Shown: one piece after another, positions 52,882-64,000 of the stretch
Numbering within the stretch: position 1 is the stretch's first letter
How the letters are laid out: every line of letters starts with the position of its first letter
From: Antedon mediterranea
Taxonomy: Eukaryota > Animalia > Echinodermata
NCBI RefSeq assembly: GCF_964355755.1
Contig: NC_092673.1
Location: forward strand, 24,859,648-24,923,647
Direction: 5' to 3'
DNA length: 64,000 nucleotides
The notes under the pieces: generated by a model
What the model saw: the letters and a program-made list of their open reading frames with translations, nothing else
Database searches by the model: none
Told to the model about the DNA's origin: nothing
Translations under genes and position numbers: made by a program

Positions 52882-54406
52882 TTTAGTTGATGTATATACA
52901 CAAGTGTTGAATAAAGTAAACTTCTCAGTTGAAGCAATAAGATTAAATGATCAATCGTTAAAATCGTCTTCAAATAATATCAAATCTGCATTGTTCAAAC
53001 CAATGTCACGTGTTTTTACGTAGTATTTCTATTTAGTGCGTATCTATCCATTAAATGCGCGTCCTTCGTATTTGTGTACCATCCTAATAATCATCTTAAT
53101 TGAAATATAGTCAATTGTATCTATTATTGATCAAAGATATCCGTTTTACAGATTATCGCAGTTAAGACAATTATTCGATATCAAAACTGTGTAAATTAAT
53201 TTACACAGTTCAAATTAAATAGTAGGCGTAAGTAGTGATGGGTGGTGCACTATTTTCGGGATAGGTGGTTATAACTTAGAGCATCTAGTTTTGGTGAGAA
53301 AAGTAAAAAGAAAATGAAACAATGAATCATTTTTATCAAACTGAAACGACATTCAGAAATGATTTTGATTGAAATTCGTTAAAATAAATTTAAACTTAAT
53401 ACACGAGTAGGAGACCACGAAAGCTGTGCCAAGCGCTCGAACGAACACTTTCAACTACATAGGTGGAAGTGCAGCTCTCTCTTTAGTTGGCAAAACTCTG
53501 AAACGGCTTAAGAGATATAACCTAAACTCATCTTTATACACGCCATACATTGTAAAAGTTCGTTCACTGTAAACCGTTGGCCCGGTCTCTGGGTTGACTT
53601 ACATTTTTCATTTACACACGTACATATGTTGTTCCACTTAAAATTAATTTATTTCACAAAGAAATAATTAGGAATACCAAAAGACCTATGTATTTACAAT
53701 CCACCTCTACTACACTGCCTTGAACCTGACAGCCGCCACCGCCACCTCCCCCACCCCCAATTAAAGTTTGGCTAGAGACTAGTAGCCTACATTAGATATT
53801 GTAGATACATTACCTTGGTCCTGACGGACACCCTAAATAAAAGTTCGACTAGAGACCCCTTACCTCAACTAGCCTACATTAGTTATTGTAGATACCACCA
53901 GAAACCAATGTCATGTTATCTAGAACATTGTACGGAATGCCAAATGACCTTACAGTACAGACAACATATACAAAGTTTGACTAGAGACCCCCTTATTGTA
54001 AGGAATACCAAATGACCTTACAGATCTATACCTACACTGCCCTTGTCCTACTGACATCCCCTCACCCTTTCAAAATAGACACCCCTTTCCCTAACACTAT
54101 ATTGCAGATATAATGATTTATACATTGTAAGGAATATAAAATGAGCTACCTACTGTACAAACTGCCTTAGTTTTATCATCACAATTTAAATATAAGGTAT
54201 ACTTATATCATCTGGGCTATCCTTTGCAGGTACCAGAATATAAATACCAATAATCCAGAAAAAAATCAAAACAGTAGCTTTAATTAAGTTTAGGTATATC
54301 AGTGCATTAACCTATTTGCAGGTTAGACTCATCAAACAAATGGAAAAAAATAGATACAAACAATTATAAAGGGAAACAGTTTCATTTAAAATGTATTATA
54401 AGTGTC

Positions 54407-55039
54407 TAGTCGAATTTAGCGGGGTCTGCCAGGACTAAGGTAATGCATAAGGGGTCTGTAATAGACCATTCGGTATGTAGTCGAATTTAGCGGGGTCTGC
54501 CAGGACTAAGGCAATTCATACGGGGTCTGTAATAGACCATTCGGTATGTAGTCGAATTTAGCGGGGTCTGCCAGGACTAAGGCAATTCATACGGGGTCTG
54601 TAATAGACCATTCGGTATCTAGTCGAATTTAGCGGGGTCTGCCAGGACTAAGGCAATGCATAATGGGTCTGTAATAGACCATTCGGTATCTAGTCGAATT
54701 TAGCGGGGTCTGCCAGGACTAAGGCAATGCATAAGGGGGTCTTTAATAGACCATTCGGTATCTAGTCGAATTTAGCGGGGTCTGCCAGGACTAAGGCAAT
54801 TCATAAGGGGTCTGTAATAGACCATTCGGTATCTAGTCGAATTTAGCGGGGTCTGCCAGGACTAAGGCAATTCATAAGGGGGTATGTAATAGACCATTCG
54901 GTATCTAGTCGAATTTAGCGGGGTCTGCCAGGACTAAGGCAATGCATAAGGGGTCTGTAATAGACCATTCGGTATCTAGTCGAATTTAGCGAGGTCTGCC
55001 AGGACTAAGGCAATGCATAAGGGGGTCTGTAATTCGGTA
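54407..55039. repeat. Tandem repeat, about 71-bp unit x about 9
   Basis: tagtcgaatttagcggggtctgccaggactaaggcaat(g/t)cataaggggtctgtaatagaccattcggtatc starting at 54407, 54478, 54549 and so on; no unique spacers. Confidence 0.95.
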
Positions 55040-56391
55040 TTTCTCGGTATATATGGGGTGAGGGTGTTGTCTATATTTGTAAATTGGCAGACTGCACCGT
55101 AAAATGTAACCAGCATTTACCAATACCGCGCACAATGTATCGGCGGCCACCATATTTTTTTAAAGATGAATTTCTGACTGACCACAGTAGTTGCTTGTAG
55201 TGCGTCATGAGAGATACGAAAGGAGGCCAACACGCACTGTTTTCGGGAACAACCTGGCATATGGGTCGTCGATTTGTCCACAATAATATAGAATTTTATT
55301 CATGGAGAAATAAGAATTTCGTCTTGAATCAGCCTGTTGCGTTGAAAGATTGACTCATTCTATTAGAACGGTTAATATGTCTACTCATGGGGTGAGTTTG
55401 GATGGTGGAGAATATTTCAAGATTGAAATATTGACTGCTATTGTAAAGCTCACACTATCAAACTAGTTTGACAAAAAAAAGTGTGATGTGCCCAAGTATA
55501 TGGACACATCACATTTTTTCGTTTTTTGGATAGTGTAGACAGATCCACGAATGAATTGTTTTTTGATTCTCAAAACGTTGAAAACATTTACATTCACAAT
55601 ATGTATACCATTACCATTTATTACGAATACAAACAATTGAAAAATACAAAAATGTACGTATTATATATATTCAACAACTATTGAATCAAGCTACTACCAC
55701 TGTAGAAATATTATTTTATTATTAAATTATTTTACCAATTCAAATTCATGTATTACCATATCGTAGGCCTAACTCAATAACAAATAATACACCAAAAACT
55801 GTATTGTTTGTTGAGATGTCATAAAACATTACATGGGATCGGAAGTACAAACAACAAAAATGAATTGATAGGGATTAAACGAAAAGACGTGATAGGCTTG
55901 CTTGCTATACTATATTATATCAACTTGATTTATTCACGAGACTGAATGTACAGTACAACTCGTTCAATCAACATTGATTGTTTTTACACAAGTTCGTGAT
56001 ATTACGCACTAATACAACTTTTCATTTAATTGATTCCAAATTTATTTAGTCATCAATTACGTCATAATTGCAATACAACTGATAACAAGGATCCTGCATT
56101 AAAAAGCTGTATCTTCGTTTTTTTGTAGGACCCTTTTATATAAAAACAATATAAGTAAATAGAACACCATATAAATACGAAAAAAAAGAAAGAAAACAAA
56201 TTGAAATTGAAAAAAAAAAAAAAATAGCAGAATCCCTTCCACCTGGCACCTCTATTTAGGGAACACCATACCGGTACTTCCCGCGTAAACGGGAACCCCT
56301 ATTCAAATGTCTCTCTTATTCAACAGAGATGAGAGCATCATCAATATTCAGGGCATTCATAGAGTACGGTTGGTTGAGTCTTCTTATGGTC

Positions 56392-59300
56392 TTAGCATGG
56401 TCCTGTTACTGAAATATTGCAAAAAAATGTGTTTTAATGAACAAATTCATCACTAAAAAAACTTAACATTTCTTTAAGTTTTAAGTTTATTTCTTATCGT
56501 AATTGTTACCGTAAATCTTCTAAATTTTAACCCTGGGTTATTATTCTTTAATTGTTTTTTAGGGTGGGTTACTATTAGAAGGGGGTTACTATTAGAGTAG
56601 TGGGTTACTATTACTAATCTTAAATTAGGCACCTGAAAATAGTAACCCACCCCAACTTTTCCGGTCAGCAAATCATAGCAAAATAATAAAACAGTACAGA
56701 TAAACTCAAAAACACTCAATCCTCCCCACTCCCGAGATCAACATGCATTATCTCCTTGTTTTTAAAATACGGCTGCATCATAAACGACCAGTCTTCATAA
56801 ATGTCATTTTGTCAATAGTTTTTGTGAATCTAATATTAACCCCGATGGGTTACTATTAGAGTAGTGGGTTGTTATTATTATAGATTAACTTATAACGTGC
56901 GTTACTATTAGAAGGAGGGTTACTATTAGAAGGGGGGTTACTATTAGAGTGTGGGTTACTATTAGAGCGTGGGTTACTATTAGAGTGTGGGTTACTATTA
57001 GAGTGTGGGTTACTATTAGAAGGGGGGTTACTATTAGAGTGTGGGTTACTATTAGAGTGTGGGTTACTATTAGAAGGGGGGTTACTATTAGAGTGTGGGT
57101 TACTATTAGAAGGGGGGTTACTATTAGAAGGGGGGTTACTATTAGAGGGGGGTTACTATTAGAGTGTGGGTTACTATTAGAAGGGGGGTTACTATTAGAA
57201 GGGGGGTTACTATTAGAAGGTGGGTTACTATTAGAGTGTGGGTTACTATTAGAAGGGGGGTTACTATTAGAAGGGGGGTTACTATTAGAGTGTGGGTTAC
57301 TATTAGAAGGGGGGTTACTATTAGAGTGTGGGTTGTTACTTTTATAGATTAACTTATAACGTGCGTTGCTATTAGAAGGGGGTTACTATTAGAGTGTGGG
57401 TTGTTATTATTATAGATTAACTTATAACGTGCGTTGCTATTAGAAGGGGGGTTACTATTAGAAGGGGGGTTACTATTAGAGTGTGGGTTACTATTAGAGT
57501 GTGGGTTACTATTAAAGTGTGGGTTACTATTAAAGTGTGGGTTACTATTAGAGTGTGGGTTACTATTAGAGTAGTGGATTATTATTATTATAGATTAACT
57601 TATAACGTGCGTTACTATTTCAAAGGGGGTTACTATTAGAGTGTGGGTTACTATTAGAGTGTGGGTTACTATTAGAGTGTGGGTTACTATTAAAGTGTGG
57701 GTTACTATTAAAGTGTGGGTTACTATTAGAGTGTGGGTTACTATTAAAGTGTGGGTTACTATTAAAGTGTGGGTTACTATTAGAGTGTGGGTTACTATTA
57801 AAGTGTGGGTTACTATTAAAGTGTGGGTTACTATTAGAGTGTGGGTTACTATTAAAGTGTGGGTTACTATTAAAGTGTGGGTTACTATTAGAGTGTGGGT
57901 TACTATTAGAGTGTGGGTTACTATTAAAGTGTGGGTTACTATTAGAGTGTGGGTTACTATTAGAGTAGTGGATTATTATTATTATAGATTAACTTATAAC
58001 GTGCGTTACTATTAGAAGGGGGGTTACTATTAGAGTGTGGGTTACTATTAGAGTGTGGGTAACTATTAGAGTGTGGGTTACTATTAGAAGGGGGGTTACT
58101 ATTAGAGTAGTGGGTTACTATTAGAGTGTGGGTTACTATTAGAAGGGGGGTTACTATTAGAGTGTGGGTTACTATTAGAAGGGGGGTTACTATTAGAGTA
58201 GTGGGTTACTATTAGAGTGTGGGTTACTATTAGAGTGTGGGTTACTATTAGAGTGTGGGTTACTATTAGAAGGGGGGTTACTATTAGAGTAGTGGGTTAC
58301 TATTAGAGTGTGGGTTACTATTAGAGTGTGGGTTACTATTAAAGTGTGGGTTACTATTAGAGTGTGGGTTACTATTAGAAGGAGGGTTACTATTAGAGTG
58401 TGGGTTGTTATTAGAGTAGTGGATTATTATTATTATAGATTATCTTATAACGTGCGTTACTATTAGAAGGGGGGTTACTATTAGAGTGTGGGTTATTATT
58501 AGAGTGTGGGTTACTATTAGAGTGTGGGTTACTATTAGAAGGGGGGTTACTATTAGAGTAGTGGGTTACTATTAGAGTGTGGGTTACTATTAGAAGGGGT
58601 TACTATTAGAGTGTGGGTTACTATTAGAGTAGTGGGTTGTTATTATTATAGATTAACTTATAACGTGCGTTACTATTAGAAGGGGGGTTACTATTAGAGT
58701 GTGGGTTACTATTAGAAGGAGGGTTACTATTAGAGTGTGGGTTACTATTAGAGTAGTGGGTTGTTATTATTATAGATTAACTTATAACGTGCGTTGCTAT
58801 TAGAAGGGGGGTTACTATTAGAGTAGTGGGTTGTTATTATTATAGATTAACTTATAACGTGCGTTACTATTAGAAGGGGGGTTACAAGAGTGTGGGTTAC
58901 TATTAAAGTGTGGGTTACTATTAGAAGGGGGTTACTATTAGAGTGTGGGTTACTATTAGAAGGAGGGTTACTATTAGAGTGTGGGTTACTATTAGAGTGT
59001 GGGTTACTATTAGAAGGGGGGTTACTATTAGAGTGTGGGTTACTATTAGAGCGTGGGTTACTATTAAAAGATTTACGGTATTGACTGCTTCTCAAAGCAG
59101 GGAAATGTAATTCTCCCTTTTCAAATAAAGTATAGTCACATCGCATCAATTTAATTCTACATTATTCAATCAAAGAAAATGAGATACTATAATTGTTATT
59201 TATTTAAGTTGTAATGAAATAAAGCATGTATGTTATTTTTGTTTTGTTCAATCTAACAAGACCGTATCAAGGGTGAGAACGAAGCCTTTTCCTGGCGTGC

Positions 59301-60400
59301 CCTTTTCATTTCTTTTCGGACTAGAGATCATCAGCAATAGTAATAATTGATAATGCTTAACTAGCCTATTATATTGCTTATAACGATGATGATTTATGCC
59401 TCTTTTGGTGACATAAGCTTCTATTTGTGTAAAAAAGAACCCCCTGTAGAAACCCTGAGTATCTGCTACTATAGGCCTAAAAAGTCACTTAAAAATAGAT
59501 AAAGGTATCTTACAATGACAAGAAACAGCACCGGCCCTCTTTTCCTCCAATCGCTGTATTGCTTTCTTGGCTTCGTAATTTACTATACATCTCCTCAGCG
59601 TGTCTGAAGCCCGTATCTCCGAATTAGAATAACAGATAGGCCTTTCAACATCTAGAAATATTATAATAATAATAATCATCATAACAATAACATGCCTAGA
59701 AGTATATTAATGATATTAAATAATATGCAGTAATCATAATAATAATTATATCTAAAATTTATTTTTTGTGTTTCTTTAAATTCTAATAATATTAGCATTT
59801 TATTGTCCTTACTGGTGAATCCGATCTTTAAGAAAATGTATTAATTTAAGTTTTATGATAGACTCTATTGCTGTCAAATAGCTCAATATTAATCAGTGTC
59901 GATTCATATTATACACCCCTGGGAAATGAATGCAACAAGCTCTTTGATCCTATAATGCATTTTAATAATTTAAATTGAATAACGGTTCAGATATCAGATA
60001 TTAAAACAAAAATTAGCAATCATTATTATTAAAATCAATTAATTCAAATACAAAATAAACAAAAATGTCAAACGTTTGAGCTAAAATCAAATAAGAAATT
60101 AAAGCAACATATTAGATATATTATTACATCCGTGGCTCTGTACATAGGATCTAATAACATCTTTATTAACTACGGTATCATTTATACAGTATTCAACTCG
60201 TCTCCAACACCCCGCCAAAAACCAATCACCAACCAATACACTCGAAATTAACAACCCACCAAAAAAAAAAAACAACCTAATAACACATAGATAAATAATA
60301 ATAATTTACCTTTAGCCCGACGTTCTATAAATATATTTCCAAACACAATATATGTGTTGATCAACAGAAAAAGCAGAGAAAATGCAGTTTTGTTACTCAT
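56392..60400 (-). CDS. Secreted cyclic-peptide precursor, divergent paralog M (81 aa); predicted mature AGAVSCHLTGPC
   Basis: Exons 60400-60310, 59651-59514, 56408-56392. MSNKTAFSLLFLLINTYIVFGNIFIERRAK / DVERPICYSNSEIRASDTLRRCIVNYEAKKAIQRLEEKRAGAVSCH / LTGPC*. Confidence 0.8.
56507..59080. mobile_element. TA-flanked TIR element (Tc1/mariner-type MITE) carrying an expanded minisatellite, in intron 2 of M
   Basis: taccgtaaatctt at 56507-56519 and aagatttacggta at 59068-59080 are exact inverted repeats. Confidence 0.7.
56847..59067. repeat. 18-bp minisatellite gggttactattaga(gtgt/aggg) with recurrent longer variant units
   Basis: About 2.2 kb of direct repeats interrupted by ttattattatagattaacttataacgtgc blocks. 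Confidence 0.95.
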
Positions 60401-63400
60401 TTCAGTCGATGCACAAAGCAATACAAAAATTGAATAAAGTAAACTTCTCAATTGAAGCAATACACTTGAAATGATTCAATGACAACTTTTTTTCAGAATC
60501 GTTTTCAAACATTATGCATAATTATTCGAATAATGTCACGTGATGTTGACGTATACATTTTCAATTATCCTAAAATTGTATTTTAATCAAATGAATTTGC
60601 ATATTAATCACCGTCTACATTCTAAATCAATTTTTACTACCGGTTCAGATTATCAAAATATTATTAAAAAAGTCAATTAAAATGTCAAAAATAAATTTAC
60701 ACTATACGAATCAAGTTACTAAGATAAGTATTAATAACAACATCACTTACTGCAAATAATAATTATCATCTTGTAATTATGTTCTCTCGTAAAGCTCTGT
60801 CTACACTATCAAAGTAGTTTGACAAACAAAAGTGCTTGCCCAAATATGGTAGTGATATTACGATATCGTGTCCATATATGGGCGCATCAATCCCTATTGG
60901 GCTGCAATAGTCGTGTTACATGTTTTAATGAGTTATAATGTTGAATAAAATATACAGAAATATATATAATATATACGAATATACTTATTAAGATTTATAG
61001 AAGACATAATGGACATTAAAGCGGATTTTCATTGTTCTCCGTTCACATCCACCCCTCCAATGCATTATACAGGATACATAATCGGACATGAAAGAAGTTT
61101 TTTATTGTTCTTCGTTCACTATCTCCCGCTATCACCCGAAAATGCATTTATTTCCGTTCTGTCTCTCATAATTCTAATCAATAAATTATACAGGATACAT
61201 AATCGGACTTCAAACTTGTCATTGTTCTTCTATTAAAGATGTATTGTCCAAAAACATGAAAAATGAAGATTAATAAAATCAGACTTTGAATAAGCCATTT
61301 TGCAGTTTTAAAAATGTTATTCACTTCCGTAGAAAAAAATCCCGAAAAAATAATGTTTTCACTTATAAAATGACAAAATAAACGGTTAAATTCAACCAAA
61401 ACCTATTGACTGGCAGCCAATTTGATTATGTTTTGCTTTAAATTCTGCTTTAAATTACATTTTTTCAGGTACATTTTTTACGGTCCATTTTTGGTCAAAG
61501 TGATTAACTATTAGGCCTACGTGACATTAAAATGACATATTCAACAACAAACTTAAATTTGTAATACATCTTTAACTCGATAAATATAATACAGTGTGTT
61601 AATATTTGAAAAGAATGAATCACTAATTACAAAAAGAATTATGAATATATTATTATTATAAAGAGTTATATTTACATATAAATTAATTTGTTCTATAGGT
61701 GGAAGTTTAAATTAAAGTTAAGATAATGCATAATGTTTCAACCTAAAACCACCGTGCTAATTTTGCTGACCACATCAATTGAGTTCACTTAAACCAAAAG
61801 AAGAAAATAAAGACATTTTTAAATGATATCCATGGATAGGCCTATCATTGTATTGCCTTTTGTGAGGTGAGGACCATGCAGTCAAGAAACCGCATACAAA
61901 CGGAGTAGCAGTAGGCCCTCCGCGGACCCACGGCAGCCAGCAATGCAGCGCCTACCAGATCAGCACACCGGGAGATGATCCCCTACTTTTTTCCAATAAT
62001 GTACCTAGTTCTTTCATTGAGGAAAATCCTCCATGGTTCTTTAACGTACACTGACTTCAAAAGTACGGTAGGTGTTGTTTCCTCATTTTATTTGTTTTAT
62101 TCATAGTCACGTCATCGGAAAAGAACAATATATAATTAAAACATCGAACAGAATATAATAAAAATATAGAGATATTCATCTCACAACATTTTGATTGTAA
62201 ACAACACAGTTCATCATAAACAATTGTTATATTATTAATTTTTCTGAAAAAAAATTAATGCAAAGAAGCAACTCTAATGACGCAACACTTACTTCCGATA
62301 AATTATCGCGTAATTATAATATTTAACGATTTCTCCCATACCAGATGCAATGTTGTAGTGTCCTTTAATAGCACCGCTTTTTGCATTTATTAAGCGGTTT
62401 AAAGACGCTTAAGCAAATAAAACGTTGAAAAGAATTAATAAAGGAATTGAAACTGACGCTCATGGCGCTCATGAACAAATACAAGATAGGCCTAACAACA
62501 GTTTTGAATGCATGCAAAAATGGTGATTTATCCTCGTAAAAATATTGGTAGCGGCAGAGAAAAACATGATTGGTTTTTTTGTCTTATCGTGTGTCGCTCA
62601 ATTCCTACACATCCCTTGTTATTCTTTGGAAGACTGTCACGAACTCGGAGTGGTTGAAAATACTTTAGGAACTCCCTTGTGACATAAAAGTATACACAAA
62701 AAATCCACAAAGTTGTGAAATAACTCAAAACAAAGCTTTAATTTCAATCAACTTCAACTTTCAACAATCCAGTAAGCACTTTAAACAACAGCTTCACAAT
62801 AACCTTTACAATCTAATATCCAACCTTCTTCAAAATAAATGCTTCAATCAAAAATCCTTCTCCCTCCTTACAAGAATTGTCATACTTCCCCTTATATACA
62901 ATATGTTCATAACCTTCTAGATCATTCCTTATACTTCTTATATTCTATTGGATTACAGTTTCTATTAATAGCACTTCTGAAATGTTTCTGATTGTTGTTA
63001 TATTAATTATACATGGTTTTTTAAATCTAAACATACTCTTATCCTAGAATGTTCATTTATATACTATATTACTGTATATGTTAGGAATGGTAATTTATTA
63101 CAACGATACGAACTAAGGGCGCACTGAAGTACTAAAGATGTTTTTTCACGCTGCTGCTCTAGCCCGCTACGTCCCATTAGGACTACTCAATCAGAAGCTA
63201 GAGCAAGCAGCAATTATAGTTCTAAGGACGACAGTTTTGCGAAAATGGAAACTCCACTATAATTTATTGATTCCAGCTGCTACAGTAGACCCAAAAAAAT
63301 GTCATGCTAAAATTACAAATCCCAAAGCATTTCTGGTATATTCACTGTCACATATTCATTGAATTATTATCGAAACAGTCAATTAAAGTTTGTGTTTGTA

Positions 63401-64000
63401 ATAGGATACTTCACACTTGAAATGTCTAGGGTGATGAAGTGACCCCAGACTTGACCTTAGTAATAAAATTAACTAAAGTGACAGAAATTGAGTATTCACT
63501 TCTGTAACAACAAAATAATATTTATTCACATATAAAACGAGAAAAGAAACCCCAAAACCATTGTCTGACAGACAATTTAAGTATTTGTTGCTTTAAATTA
63601 CATTTTTCAGGTAAAATAACTATTATGTGAAAATAAAATGATGACATATTCAAAAACATTTGAAATAAAAAATATTTTTCAATAAGCGAGCAGCAGAAAT
63701 ATTTCTTGTTCTATTTTATCCCAGGTCCTGGTCTCCCGCGTAAACTTTATCATGAAGGTAAAAGATATATGTTTGTGATACAGAATCAAAAGAATCATCT
63801 GGATCTAGAATATGCGAAATTGGGTCCGACGACTTGGCAAAAATTTACAAACCAATCACAAATGAAATTAAAATGATGCCATCGGTCAAGATCGTCGCAA
63901 ATTGAATACTCCTTTGACTCTGACGGACTACTCCATGCTTACTTTTAAAGTTATAAAATGAAATATGTATATTAGTCTGTGTATTATATTATTATGTAAA

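Noticed and set aside
54407-55039. CRISPR-like regular repeats
   Set aside because: Whole 71-bp units repeat with no unique spacers, there are no cas genes, and the context is eukaryotic
56847-59067. Telomeric (GGGTTA) array, or repetitive-protein ORFs (VWVTIR)n
   Set aside because: GGGTTA is only part of an 18-bp unit inside a TIR element; the ORFs are by-products of a stop-free repeat
60600-64000. Further family members or other genes at the window end (and in 1-6100)
   Set aside because: No signal-exon or CYP-exon motif found by eye; only repeat fragments and short unsupported ORFs

Overview
AT-rich eukaryotic (invertebrate-like) genomic DNA with many LINE, SINE, MITE and Helentron-type repeats. 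The dominant feature is not visible in the ORF track because the genes are spliced. It is a tandem, all-minus-strand array of 13 paralogous three-exon loci (labelled A-M, about 6.5-60.4 kb) plus two orphan fragments, encoding small secreted prepropeptides of 81-105 aa. Exon 1 encodes a conserved signal peptide (MRTRMIAFALFLL..N.C/S.AF). Exon 2 encodes a conserved C-Y-P-x12-C segment, a Glu/Lys-rich heptad spacer, a basic cleavage site and the first Cys of the mature peptide. A tiny exon 3 supplies the second Cys and the stop. The predicted mature products are hypervariable single-disulfide C-x5..7-C peptides, for example GCPYVAPCP, GKPECVSPAPC-amide, NEPGCNFTGLC and AGAVSCHLTGPC. Ten copies splice into intact ORFs by hand (all GT-AG, all phase 1). 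Three are damaged: a LINE inside exon 2, frameshifts, and a missing exon 2. I do not recognise the family. Function (toxin/defence, pheromone/gamete signal or neuropeptide-like), organism and novelty cannot be settled without database searches. All gene models are manual predictions without transcript evidence, and repeat boundaries are approximate.
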